From: an uncultured Acidobacteriaceae bacterium
GTDB lineage: Bacteria > Acidobacteriota > Terriglobia > Terriglobales > Acidobacteriaceae
DNA length: 64,000 nt
Direction of reading: 5' to 3'
Assembly (NCBI GenBank): GCA_963839215.1
Contig: CAWITZ010000006.1
Coordinates: 46,482-110,481 of the forward strand
Shown here: positions 27,992 to 40,582 of the stretch, piece by piece
How positions within the stretch are numbered: position 1 is the first letter of the stretch
How the letters are laid out: every line of letters starts with the position of its first letter
Made by a program: the position numbers and the translations under genes
The notes under the pieces: model-generated
Databases searched by the model: none
Told to the model about the DNA's origin: nothing
Seen by the model: only the letters and a program-made list of their open reading frames with translations

Positions 27992-29121
27992 CAGTTGGTG
28001 TAGACGCGCACGTAATTGACGAGCATTTCAACAGGAAAGGGCGTGGTGGCATTGGGTGGACCGGGCCAGTCGCCACCGATAGCGAGGTTGAGCAGGATGA
28101 AGTTGCTCTGGCCGGCGTCGAAGGGCCAGACGGCACCGGGAAGGCTCTTCATGTTGTCGGTTGTGTAGGTCGCGTAGGGATGCGCGGGATCATCGACGTA
28201 GTAGGCGACGCTGCCTTTGGACCAGATCATGCCGTAGGTATGCCACTGCGCGGCAGTTTGTCCCGCGGGGAAATGAAAAACGGTGCCGAGGCCGGTATTG
28301 CCGGTGAAGCCGGTGCCGTGAACGGAGCCTTCGTTCCAGTCCGGTGTGGCGGCGGCGTTGACGCGCTCAAGCACGTCCTGTTCGCCGGAGGCGGGCCAGT
28401 CGACGGTCGCAATGTTGTTGCCCAGAAGCCACGCCGCGGGCCAGAATCCCTGCGCCTCGGGAACCTGCGCGCGCACTTCAAAGCGACCGTACTGAAAGCT
28501 GAAGAGGCCCTGCGTCTTGAGCCGCGCCGAGGTGTAGACACCGGCGGAGGGCCGCTGGGCAACGATGTGCAGGAGTCCATCGGCACCGACGAAGACGCTG
28601 GGGCTGGTTGCGGAACAGGGTGCGGAATTGGAGCCCCAGGCGCAGTAGGTTTCGAGCTCGTGATTGCCAAAGCCGCTGTTGCCGGTGTCGTAGGTCCAGA
28701 TCGCGGGGTCGGGCGCAGCGTTCGAGCTGGTGGAGTTGGCGAACTCATCGGCCCAGACGAGCGTGCCGGAGGGAATGTTGAGCGTAAAGGTCTGGCTGGT
28801 GACCGAGCTGGGCGCGCCGCCGGATTTTGCTGCGATGGCCTTGACGGTGAGATTGCCAGCAACGAGAAAAGGCGCCTGATAGATCTGCGATGCGGTGGTG
28901 GGCTCGGAGCCATCGACCGTGTAGTAGATGACAGCGCCGGAGGTCCTGGTGGTGAGCGTAACGGTGACGGCGCCATTGAGCGCGGCTTTGGACGACATAG
29001 CTGGCGAGCCGGGCTGCGCAGGCGGCGATGAGCTTTCGGCAGTCGCTGTTGATGCAGCGCCGCAACCACCGCAGAGCAGGACTGCAGAGAAAAAGAAAAC
29101 CGCGAGCATCGTCTTTCTCAC
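27991..29121 (-). CDS. GH16 beta-glucanase lipoprotein with Fn3-associated/CHB_HEX_C-like domain
   Basis: Lipobox-like LLCGGC, IYYTVDGSEPT...Y..PF domain, WADEF, GNHELETY, YTSARLKT, GFWPAAWLLG, catalytic EQDVLE (ExDxxE), LNLAIGGDWPG. TGATG overlap with GH97. Confidence 0.9.
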   Translation of the reverse strand: MRKTMLAVFFFSAVLLCGGCGAASTATAESSSPPAQPGSPAMSSKAALNGAVTVTLTTRTSGAVIYYTVDGSEPTTASQIYQAPFLVAGNLTVKAIAAKSGGAPSSVTSQTFTLNIPSGTLVWADEFANSTSSNAAPDPAIWTYDTGNSGFGNHELETYCAWGSNSAPCSATSPSVFVGADGLLHIVAQRPSAGVYTSARLKTQGLFSFQYGRFEVRAQVPEAQGFWPAAWLLGNNIATVDWPASGEQDVLERVNAAATPDWNEGSVHGTGFTGNTGLGTVFHFPAGQTAAQWHTYGMIWSKGSVAYYVDDPAHPYATYTTDNMKSLPGAVWPFDAGQSNFILLNLAIGGDWPGPPNATTPFPVEMLVNYVRVYTN

Positions 29122-29276
29122 GTTTTGACCCTTTGAGCCAGGTTCAGATGTGCGTTGAGCCGCCGTCCAATCTAAACACCGCGTCTTTTGCCCCGTCAAT
29201 CACGGTGGACCGATTCACACCTGGGCGAATCTCAATCACTCCGGACCGAATCGGGCGGCGCGGCCATCTGCCGGTT

Positions 29277-31987
<2,711 letters not shown>

Positions 31988-31991
<4 letters not shown>

Positions 31992-33112
31992 GCGCTGACC
32001 TCGGCTTCAGAAGCGGCCGCCGGTTCGGGTTGCCACCTGCGGGGCGGCTTGTCTTCGAGAGCTTTGGCGATGGCCGCGATGTGGTCTGGCGTATTGCCGC
32101 AGCAACCGCCGGCGATGTTGATGAGACCCGCGCCAGCGAAATCGCCGAGGAAGCGGGCCATATCCTGCGGGCCAAGATCGAAGCCGGTGGCAGCGAGAGG
32201 GTTGGGCAGACCGGCATTGGGATAGCAGGAGACGGCGACATCTGCTTTCTCAGCCAGTTCGGAAAGAAACGGGTACATGAGGTCTGGCCCGAGCGAGCAG
32301 TTGAGGCCAATCGAGAGCGGCTTGACGTGGCTGACCGCGTTCCAGAAAGCTTCGGTAGTTTGCGCGGAGATGAGGGTTTCGCCGCCGCGACCGACTGCGG
32401 CGGAAATCATGACGGGCACTTCCCTGCCGTCCTGATCGAAAACTTCGCGGATAGCGACGAGCGCGGCCTTGGCGTTGAGCGAGTCGAAGATGGTTTCGAC
32501 AAGCAGTGTATCGACGCCGCCGGCAATGAGCGCGCGTACCTGGTGGGCATAGGCGGATTTGACCTGGTCAAAGGTGACGACGCGGAAGCCTGGGTCGTCA
32601 GCGTCGGGCGAGTTGGAGAGCGAAACGGTGAGGGGCCCGATTGACCCGGCGACAAAGCGAGGACGGCCAGTGTCCGCGGTGAAGCGGTCGGCCCACTCGC
32701 GGCACTGGCGCGCCGACTGCTCGTTGATTTCCCATGCAAGATCGTTGAGAAACGGCGTCTCAAGTATCTGCTGATAAAACGCGGGATCTTTGCGGCCGCC
32801 GTGCTCGCGGGGATCGTCTACGAAGAATTCGCTCTGCGAAATGGAGGTTGCACCAAAGGTGTTGGTTTCGATGATGTCGGCGCCAGCCTCGAGAAAGCGG
32901 CGGTGAATGTCGCCGATCATTTTCGGCTGTGTGAGCGAGAAGAGATCGCCGTTGTTAAGCAGGTCCTTCTTCGCGTCTTTGAAGCGCAGGCCGCGCATGT
33001 CGGCTTCTTTCATGCCGTAGGTGCGGATGGTGGTGCCCATGGCGCCATCGATGATGGCGATGCGTTGCTCGAGGATCTTCTGAAGAGGATGCTGCTGATG
33101 CGCGTTAGCCAT
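31988..33112 (-). CDS. metH: Methionine synthase, N-terminal homocysteine-binding domain (split metH)
   Basis: [70 protein letters not shown] overlap with the C-terminal part. Confidence 0.95.
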
Positions 33113-33237
33113 TGGTATCTGTCGCCTCAACGTTGAATCGCGTTGACTGCCTCGGACCACTCTGCCCACCTTTCAGCATAGACGGAAGGCAGGCGGGCGC
33201 CCAGAAATTGCGTGGGTTGAAGGGGAAAGCCGGTGGA

Positions 33238-33708
33238 CTATTTCGCCGCGGTGAGCGCCGCCACCGGCACAAGCATGTCCTCTTTACGCATGACCAGATT
33301 GGTGGCGTTAAGGGTGGCGAGCTCAAATCCGTGGCCGTGGGTGATGGCGTCGGTGGGGCAGGCTTCAACACAGTAGCCGCAGAAGATGCAGCGGTTGTAG
33401 TCGATGTTGTAGACCTTGGCGTAGCGCTCGGAGGAGGAGATGCGCTCGGTTTCAGTGTTCTCAGCCGCCTCGATGTAAATGCAATTGGCCGGGCATGCGG
33501 CCGCGCATAGATAGCAGGCCACACACTTTTCGAGGCCATCCTCATCGCGCTGCAGCACGTGCGCGCCGCGAAAGCGCTGCTCGAAAACCGCACCGCGCAG
33601 AGGACCGTCGCCGTCAGGGTAATTCTCCACCTGAGTAGGCTCGAACATCTCCCGAAGAGTGATGCTCATGCCCTTGGCGATGCCGGCGAGATTGCGCACG
33701 ATCGACAT
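33238..33708 (-). CDS. nuoI: NADH-quinone oxidoreductase subunit I (outside a nuo operon)
   Basis: RFRGAHVL, CVACYLCAAACP, IDYNRCIFCGYCVEACPTDAI. Confidence 0.93.
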   Translation of the reverse strand: MSIVRNLAGIAKGMSITLREMFEPTQVENYPDGDGPLRGAVFEQRFRGAHVLQRDEDGLEKCVACYLCAAACPANCIYIEAAENTETERISSSERYAKVYNIDYNRCIFCGYCVEACPTDAITHGHGFELATLNATNLVMRKEDMLVPVAALTAAK

Positions 33709-33737
33709 GGAGTAAGTATACGATGCCGGCGCAGTAG

Positions 33738-34565
33738 CTATCGGTAACGGCGGCGCGGCAGCTTGCCGCTGAGCAGCTGCCTGCAGAGATCCGAGTCCTG
33801 CCCCTTGGCGAGGCCCGAGACGACGCCGGTGGCCGAGCAGAGACGGTGTTGCATGGCATCGTATGCCTTGCCGGTGAGGAGCTGCGTGCTGTCGAGGCCG
33901 CTGAACGAATCGACGCCGTACTGATAGACGTAGTCTTCGGCGGGTTTAGCTTTGCCGTAGTCGAAGTGGCTCCATGTACCTACCAGCTCATGCCCGTTGG
34001 GGTCGGCGAGAAGCGCATAGACCTGCGTGACCGCGACGCCCTGGGGAGCATTGGCGCTTTCAAGCGGAACAGCCTGCGTGCCGCGCAGCCAGCGGGCCGC
34101 CCAACTGTGCTGACGCCGGTCATAGTAGAACGCCGTGAAGTAGAGCGTGGCATTGCATTCCTGGCAATCGTTGTAAAGCGCGCCGAGTTCGCGTGGCGAT
34201 CCGAGCGAGAAAAGCATCCAGTCGAGCAGGCGAAGGTTCACGCCCTTGATGAGCGCGGTGACAAGGTGATTGGTGAGCGAGACGCTCCACACGCTGAACG
34301 TGTCAGAAGCGGGCGAAGCCTGGGGACTGGAACGCGCGGTGGTGACGACGAGGGCCGCATCGTATTGCACCCCGATCTCGCGGATTGTGGTCCACTTCTC
34401 CGTTTCGAGCGCCTTGGTAACCCAGAGGACGACGTCCTGATCTTTTGGAGAGTGGAAATCGACCCAGCGAAAAGTCTCGGGGGTCTCCTGCGCGAAGAGG
34501 GGAAAAGAGGAGAGAAAGAACGCTGCGGCGAGAGCGATCAGCGTTCCGCGGATCACACCATGCAT
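33738..34565 (-). CDS. Secreted hypothetical protein
   Basis: Signal peptide MHGVIRGTLIALAAAFFLSSFPLFA, then a soluble region with a DCQEC motif. No family recognised. Confidence 0.65.
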   Translation of the reverse strand: MHGVIRGTLIALAAAFFLSSFPLFAQETPETFRWVDFHSPKDQDVVLWVTKALETEKWTTIREIGVQYDAALVVTTARSSPQASPASDTFSVWSVSLTNHLVTALIKGVNLRLLDWMLFSLGSPRELGALYNDCQECNATLYFTAFYYDRRQHSWAARWLRGTQAVPLESANAPQGVAVTQVYALLADPNGHELVGTWSHFDYGKAKPAEDYVYQYGVDSFSGLDSTQLLTGKAYDAMQHRLCSATGVVSGLAKGQDSDLCRQLLSGKLPRRRYR

Positions 34566-34600
34566 GTCTTCAGGTATATCAGACGGCCACGGCGGCGGGT

Positions 34601-36236
34601 CTAGAGGCCGAGCTTGTCCCATATGGCGTCGATTTTCGCTTTGGTGGCCTTGTCCATCTCGATCATTGCGGGCCAGGGGCGCTCGAAGCCTTCCGCCTTC
34701 CACTTGCGCGTGGCGTCGATGCCCATTTTGGAGCCGTAGTTGGGCAGGCGCGAGGCGTGATCGAGGGAGTCGATGGGGCCGAGGGTGAACTGGATATCGC
34801 GCTCGGGATCGATGTTGTTGGTGACACGCAAAACGACATCGGAAATATTCTGCACGTCGCAGTCTTCATCGACGACGATGATGCACTTGGTAAACATAGC
34901 CTGGCCGAGAGACCAGATGGCGTTCATGACCTTGCGTGCCTGCCCGGGGTAGCTCTTGCGGATAGAGACGATCATGAGGTTGTGGAAGACGGCTTCGACG
35001 GGCAGATGGATATCGACGAGCTCGGGAATGGTGAGCTTCATCGCGGGGAGAAAGATGCGCTCGACTGCCTTGCCCATCCATGCGTCTTCCATGGGCGGCT
35101 TGCCCACGATGGTGGCGGCGTAGATGGGGTCTTTGCGATGGGTGATGCAGGTGAGGTGGAAGACCGGGTAGTCGTCGGTAAGCGTGTAGAAACCGGTGTG
35201 ATCGCCGAAGGGGCCCTCGCTGCGCAGCTCGCCGAGCTCGACATAGCCCTCGAGGATGATTTCGGCGTGCGCAGGCACTTCGAGATCGACGGTTTCGCAT
35301 TTCACGATCTCTACAGGCTTGCCGCGGAGGAAGCCGGCGATCATGAACTCCTCGACCTCGGGCGGCGCGGGCACGATGGCGGAGAAGGTGGTGACGGGAT
35401 CGGTGCCGATGGCGACAGCGACTTCGAGGCGCGAGCCTTTGAGCTTGCTGAGCGGCAATTTGAGGGAGGCCGCCCGTGGGACCGTCGGGAACGTTGACGG
35501 CTCCGCCGGCGGAGTCGGCCATGATGGCAACGCGCGCGGCTTTCACGTTCTCCGCACCGGCGGAAGCTGCGTTGCGAAGAGCTTCGCGGTAGTGTTCCGC
35601 GGCGACTTTCTGGCGCTGCCAGTGCATGCCGGTTGTTTTGCCGTCGTAAACCTGCATGCGGTACATGCCGATGTTGCGCCTGCCGGAGCGCGGGTCGCGG
35701 GTGTGCACGCAGGGCAACGTGATGAAGCGGCCGCCATCGTGCGGCCAGCACTTGAGAATGGGAAAGATGTTGAGGTCGAAGTTGTCGCGCAGGATGACCT
35801 GCTTACACGGTGCGTCTTTGGCAGCAACGGTCTTGGGGAAGGCGCTGGTGAGCGCGCCGAGCTGCGGCAGCATTTTGAGCTTGTCGAAGAGGCCCTCGGG
35901 CGCCTTGATGTTCATCAAGCCGACGATGCGCTCCGCGATTTCGTCGAGGCGCTCGACACCGAGCGCGAGAGCCATGCGGCGCTCGCTGCCGAACTGGTTG
36001 ATGAGGACAGTGTGGCCGGGATGACCCTTGACGTTTTCAAAAAGCAGCGCCGGGCCACCGGGAGCATAATGGGCGCCTTTGCCTGGCGCGGGCGCGCTGC
36101 CCCGGGCACCGATCTTGCTGACGCGATCGGTTATCTCGGTGATCTCAAGCTCGGGGGAAACCTCTTCGCGGATGCGCTTGAGCTCGCCGTGCTTTTCGAG
36201 GGTTCGGATCCAGTCGCGCAGATCGTCGTAAGCCAA
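34601..36236 (-). CDS. ubiD: UbiD-family decarboxylase (one frameshift near 35465)
   Basis: YDDLRDWI...ELEITEI, ALLFEN, NQFGSERRM, WPHDGGRFIT, NIGMYRMQ. After the shift: EGPFGDHTGFY, TIVGKPPMED, PIDSLDHAS, KMGIDATRK. TTG start 36236. Confidence 0.92.
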
Positions 36237-36323
36237 GGGATTGCTCCGGAAGGGGTATGTGGTCCACACCCATAGTAGAGCCTGCGCTTCGCCGGCGCAT
36301 GGATACGGCGGGCTGGATAGTGC

Positions 36324-37301
36324 TTAGCTTGTGGGCGCCGGTTCGACCTGCACGAGCGGCATGACGGGCGTGATGGCGTCGAGAGGATAGCCGAGCCGCT
36401 TCCACTCCTCGTAGCCGCCGCGCAGCGGGCGCACGCGCTCGATGCCGAGCCTGTGCAGGGTGAGCGCGGTTTTGGCGGCGGTGGCTTCGCTTGGGCAGGT
36501 GCAGTAGAGTACGACGTCGCGATCGCGGGGAATCTCATGCACGCGCAAGGTGAGCGCATCGGGTGACAGATGCAGCGCTCCGGGCAGCGTGAAGGGATCG
36601 GGGATGAGCTCGAGCGGGTGGCGCAGATCGACGATGAAAACCTTTTCACCGGAATCAAGCTGGCGCTTGAGTTCGTCGGGCTCGAGGCGGGACTCCACCA
36701 GCGTGCGGAGGAAACTTCTGCGGCGCCAGAGGCGAGCGAGGAAGAACCCGACAATGGCGAGGACGACGAGCGCGACGGAAAAGCGTCCGAACCAGTTGAG
36801 CAGCATTGGATTTCGCTTGAGCGCGTCGCCGAAGATGCGACCGGCGCCGAGCAAGGCGCCAACCCAGAGAAAAGAGCCAATGGTGTCGTAGAAGAGGAAA
36901 CGGCCGAGCGGCATGCCGTTCTGGCCTGCAACGGGTGGGGCGAGAGTGGCGAGACCAGGCACGAATTTGGCAATCACCAGCGTTGCATCGCCGGTGCGGC
37001 CGTAGGAGTCCTGCGTTTTGCGCACGCAGACCGTAGGCTCGAGCGAGAGCTTGCAGAGGATGCGCAGCACGTGGTGACCATAGCGGCGCCCGATGACGAA
37101 CCAGGCAACATCGGCCACGATGCAGGCAACAACGGCAGCAACCAGGCAGAAAAGAAAGCTGATCTTGTGTTCGGCCGAGAGCACCCCCGCAGCCACCAGC
37201 ATCGGAGTGGCGGGTAGGGGAATCCCGAACTGCTCGAGGAGAACCCACACGAAGAGCAGGATGTACCCGTACATGAGAAGAATGTGTGTCGGCAACGCCA
37301 T
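36324..37301 (-). CDS. DedA/VTT membrane protein fused to rhodanese domain
   Basis: LEQFGIPLPA, DVAWFVIGRRYG, AKFVPGL..APPVAG, FLFYDTIG (DedA). IVDLRHP, LPGALHL, YCTCPSEATAA, RPLRGGYEEW (rhodanese). Confidence 0.9.
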   Translation of the reverse strand: MALPTHILLMYGYILLFVWVLLEQFGIPLPATPMLVAAGVLSAEHKISFLFCLVAAVVACIVADVAWFVIGRRYGHHVLRILCKLSLEPTVCVRKTQDSYGRTGDATLVIAKFVPGLATLAPPVAGQNGMPLGRFLFYDTIGSFLWVGALLGAGRIFGDALKRNPMLLNWFGRFSVALVVLAIVGFFLARLWRRRSFLRTLVESRLEPDELKRQLDSGEKVFIVDLRHPLELIPDPFTLPGALHLSPDALTLRVHEIPRDRDVVLYCTCPSEATAAKTALTLHRLGIERVRPLRGGYEEWKRLGYPLDAITPVMPLVQVEPAPTS

Positions 37302-37517
37302 AGAAGAATTCCTGTTACCTGCTCGGGTTTGTGCCCCGTATCCACCAGAGCACCGTTCGCGGAGAAGCGTGTGGAATCCGATTATAAGATCTTTTGCTTC
37401 GCTCTTTATAAGATGAGCGCCGCACGCTTTTGCTTCAGGAATGGAAGGCAAGCGAGCCCAGGCAAAAGCGCAAAGGCCGCCCGCAGGCGGCCCCAATGAT
37501 GCGCAATGTTGCTAAGT

Positions 37518-38772
37518 TTACTGGACGGTTTGGGAGACGGGCACGGCAACAGCGGTGGTTGCCTGGCCTTTCTCAGCAAAGTAATTGCGATCCCAGAGAT
37601 TCTTGTAGAACTCGCCGGTTAGCTCCGCGGCGCGGGGGCCGAAGGTGGGGCGGCCGCCTTCAAGGAAGAAGACCGTGACCAGGCTGCCCTGCGGCGTATC
37701 GGAGTATGAAACAAACCAGCCGAAGCGGGTTCCTTTGTCCGAGCAGGTGCCGGTTTTGCCGAAGACAGGCAAACCCTTGAAGTTGGCGCGAAGGCGGCGG
37801 GCGGTTCCGTACTCGACCGCGCCAGCCATGCCATCCTGAAGATCCGGCAGGAATTTCGCGATGTTGAGGGTGCGCTTGACGCGCGGCTCAAAGGCGGCAA
37901 CTTCAGCCTTCGATGTGGGGTGCTGCAGGTAGTAGAGCGTTCCGCCGTTGGCGATGGCTGCCGCAAAGGCGCCGAGCTGCAGGGGGGTCATGGAAACGCC
38001 CTGGCCGAAGCTGCACATGCGGCCTACGCCGCCTTCAGCGGCGGCCAGCGGCTGATCGGGATAAATGCCGAGTTGCTCACCCTCGATGTTGTAGCCGGCA
38101 AGCTGGCCCAGGCCGAACTCGTTCGCGTAGTGGTGCACGCGCTCAAAACCAAGCTCGCGGCCAAGCTCCTCAAAATAAAGGTTATTGCTATGCGCAAGAG
38201 CTTCCGTCATGTTCATGCGGAAGCCGGGGAGGCGGACCATGGTATCGCGGGTGACCAGCCCCTCGGAAAGCGCTGCCAGCGCTACGGAAAGCTTGATGGT
38301 GGAGCAGGGCTCGGCTCCCGGCGACAGTGCCAGCTTCTGGTTAACCATGGCGAGAACGCGGCCGTTGGAGGGGTCGATGACGACAGCGGTGCCGTTCATG
38401 TCTCCCAGAGCGTCAATGGCTGCCTGGCGGACAACCGGATCTTCGCCCGCAGTGTTGTCGGCGGCGAAGATGTCTCCTGCGGCAAAGGAACTGGCAGTGA
38501 AGCGCTCGTAGTAGCGATGGCGGCGGGTATGCAGGGAAGTCCTATGCAGGGTTGCCGAGGCGCCGGCGGCGGCGGCGAGTACGGCTGCGACGGACGGATT
38601 TGGTCACGGCCGAGGCGCGATGCGCGGAACTGTGATGCGTGACGGAGAGGTGCTGGGAAGTGGATTTCGAACGATGAAGGGTGTGAGGTGTATCCAAAGC
38701 CGCGGCCCGTGCAGCGCCTATCCCAAGCCCAACCAAAGCCACCGCGCTCGCAAAAACGCAAGTCAATCTCAT
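37518..38772 (-). CDS. Stand-alone penicillin-binding transpeptidase-domain protein (frameshift near 38560)
   Basis: Signal peptide MRLTCVFASAVALVGLGIGAARAAA and a His/Ser/Arg-rich linker, then (shifted) RYYERFTASSFA...AVVIDPSNGRVLAM, CSTIK (SxxK), HSNN (SxN), FGQG..MTPLQL, GKTGT (KTG). Confidence 0.85.
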
Positions 38773-38968
38773 GCCCGCGAAGTTCCTATCAAAAAAAGAA
38801 GTTCTTGCCGTGCGCCGCCCTCATGGGCAACTGCACTTGGTACTAACCCTAATTCGCAGTCTTTGCTGCGATCAGAAAGCAATATATCGGCGACAGATCG
38901 CCGGGATAGATGAAAACTGCCTGAAGCCAGTTGTTTCTTTCTACAGTAAATGATCGGCTGGTGCTGCT

Positions 38969-38998
38969 GGACCGGTTTCCTTCGGGGGAGACCGGTCC
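38969..38998 (-). terminator. Strong hairpin ~100 nt after ftsZ
   Basis: ggaccggtttcc-ttcg-ggggagaccggtcc stem-loop between ftsZ and the transpeptidase gene. No adjacent U tract. Confidence 0.45.
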
Positions 38999-39099
38999 GC
39001 CTGGATATGCATCACTATAGGGCCGATTTGGACTTAACAACAACAAATTGTGTGGTAACCAAGGTCATTTAGTAATAAATGGCCTGTTTGTGAAAGCGG

Positions 39100-40544
39100 C
39101 TAGTATTTGCCCCGACGCATGAATGCCGGGACGTCGAGATCGCGCTCAGCTGGCTCGGTTGCGTCGGTGAAACGGGGCGCGGGGGGCGGGAAACCTGCTC
39201 TTCAGGGGCGGCAGAAGCCCGCGTCGCGCCGGAAAACTCGGGGGCAAAGTCGCGGGGCAGCGGGGTGTAGCCGGGGTTTCAGCCAGCTCAGCGAAGCGCG
39301 GGCGCGCCGGAACACCGACCAGTTCGCCTTCGTCCTCTTCTTCATGGTGGCTTTGCGTGGAGGCACCCACGAAAACGGGTTCTTGCTCTTCGCGCGCAGG
39401 CTCATCTTCACTGAGGAAGCGCGGGCGCGGCGGCGCGGCCGGAGCGGCGGCTACCGGGGCGGGATCGCGCATCCAGTTTTCGGCGCCAATTACGGGAACG
39501 GAAATGACCGGCGCTTCTTCGACATTGAGCATGCGGGCGCGGCGCTCGGGCATCTGATCGCGGAAGCCGGTAGCGATGACGGTGATTTTCACCTCTTCGC
39601 CCATGCGCTCGTCCTGCACGGCTCCGAAAATGATGTTGGCATCTTCATGCGCGGCCGACTGGATGAGCGTGGAGGCCTGGTTGACCTCAGAAAGCTTGAG
39701 GGAGCTGGAGCCGGTGATGTTGATGAGGATGCCGCGGGCACCGTCGATGGCGCCGGCGTCGAGCAAGCGGCGATGCCATGGCGGCCTGCGCGGCCTCGAT
39801 GGCGCGGTTTTCTCCGGCGCGGACCGCAGTACCCATAACGGCGTGACCCATTCCTGCCATGGTGGTCTTTACGTCGGCGAAGTCGCGGTTGATGATGCCG
39901 GGGATGGTGATGATGTCGGAGATGCCCTGCACGCCCTGGCGAAGCACGTCATCTGCGATGCGGAAACTCTCAAAGAAGCCCGTGTCTTTGGCCACGGCGA
40001 GCAGCTTCTCGTTGGGGATGACGATCATGGTGTCGACGCTCTCAAGCAGTTCTTTGAGACCGCGCTCAGCCTGCTGCAGGCGGCGCTTGCCTTCAAAAGC
40101 GAAAGGCCGCGTGATGACAGCCACGGTGAGGATGCCCATTTCGCTGGCAAGCGAGGCGATGACCGGAGCCGCACCGGTGCCGGTGCCTCCGCCGAGTCCG
40201 GCGGTGACGAAGACCATGTCTGCCCCTTCGAGGGCTTCAATGATTTTCTCGGAGTCTTCAAGAGCCGCGCGACGGCCCACGTCAGGATTTGCGCCGGCGC
40301 CGAGGCCCGAGGTGAGGCGCACGCCAAGCTGCAGCTTCACGGGAGCATGGGAGAGCTTGAGCGCCTGGACGTCGGTGTTGGCTGCGATGAACTCGACGCC
40401 CTCAAGTCCGGCCTGGATCATGCGGTTGACGGCATTGCCACCGCCACCGCCGACGCCGATGACTTTAATGCGGGCGCCGCGTACGCTCTCGTCGTGAAAC
40501 TGAATGCGCATCTCTCCGGCTTCGTTGTTTGGCTGGTGGTTCAT
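39100..40544 (-). CDS. ftsZ: Cell division protein FtsZ (about 3 frameshifts, probable sequencing indels)
   Basis: [32 protein letters not shown]. The shift near 39770 restores [19 protein letters not shown]. The conserved tail [13 protein letters not shown] (stop TAG at 39100-39102) is in a different frame, reached through shifts in GC runs at ~39270 and ~39185. Confidence 0.95.
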
Positions 40545-40582
40545 GGCGGCTCAGGCCTCCTTTGGCGTCTGGGTTAAATTCT

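Noticed and set aside
35460-35600. Intein or mobile insertion in ubiD (extra Ala-rich segment)
   Set aside because: The segment is short, lacks intein splice-junction residues, and looks like a lineage-specific loop plus a single indel.
38780-39099. Riboswitch or sRNA in the ftsZ-transpeptidase gap
   Set aside because: Only one strong hairpin was seen and no known aptamer consensus is recognisable. It cannot be supported without covariance analysis.
39100-40544. ftsZ as a pseudogene or programmed frameshift
   Set aside because: FtsZ is essential, and all domains plus the [10 protein letters not shown] tail are present. The shifts are single-base indels, mostly in GC-rich runs, consistent with sequencing error.
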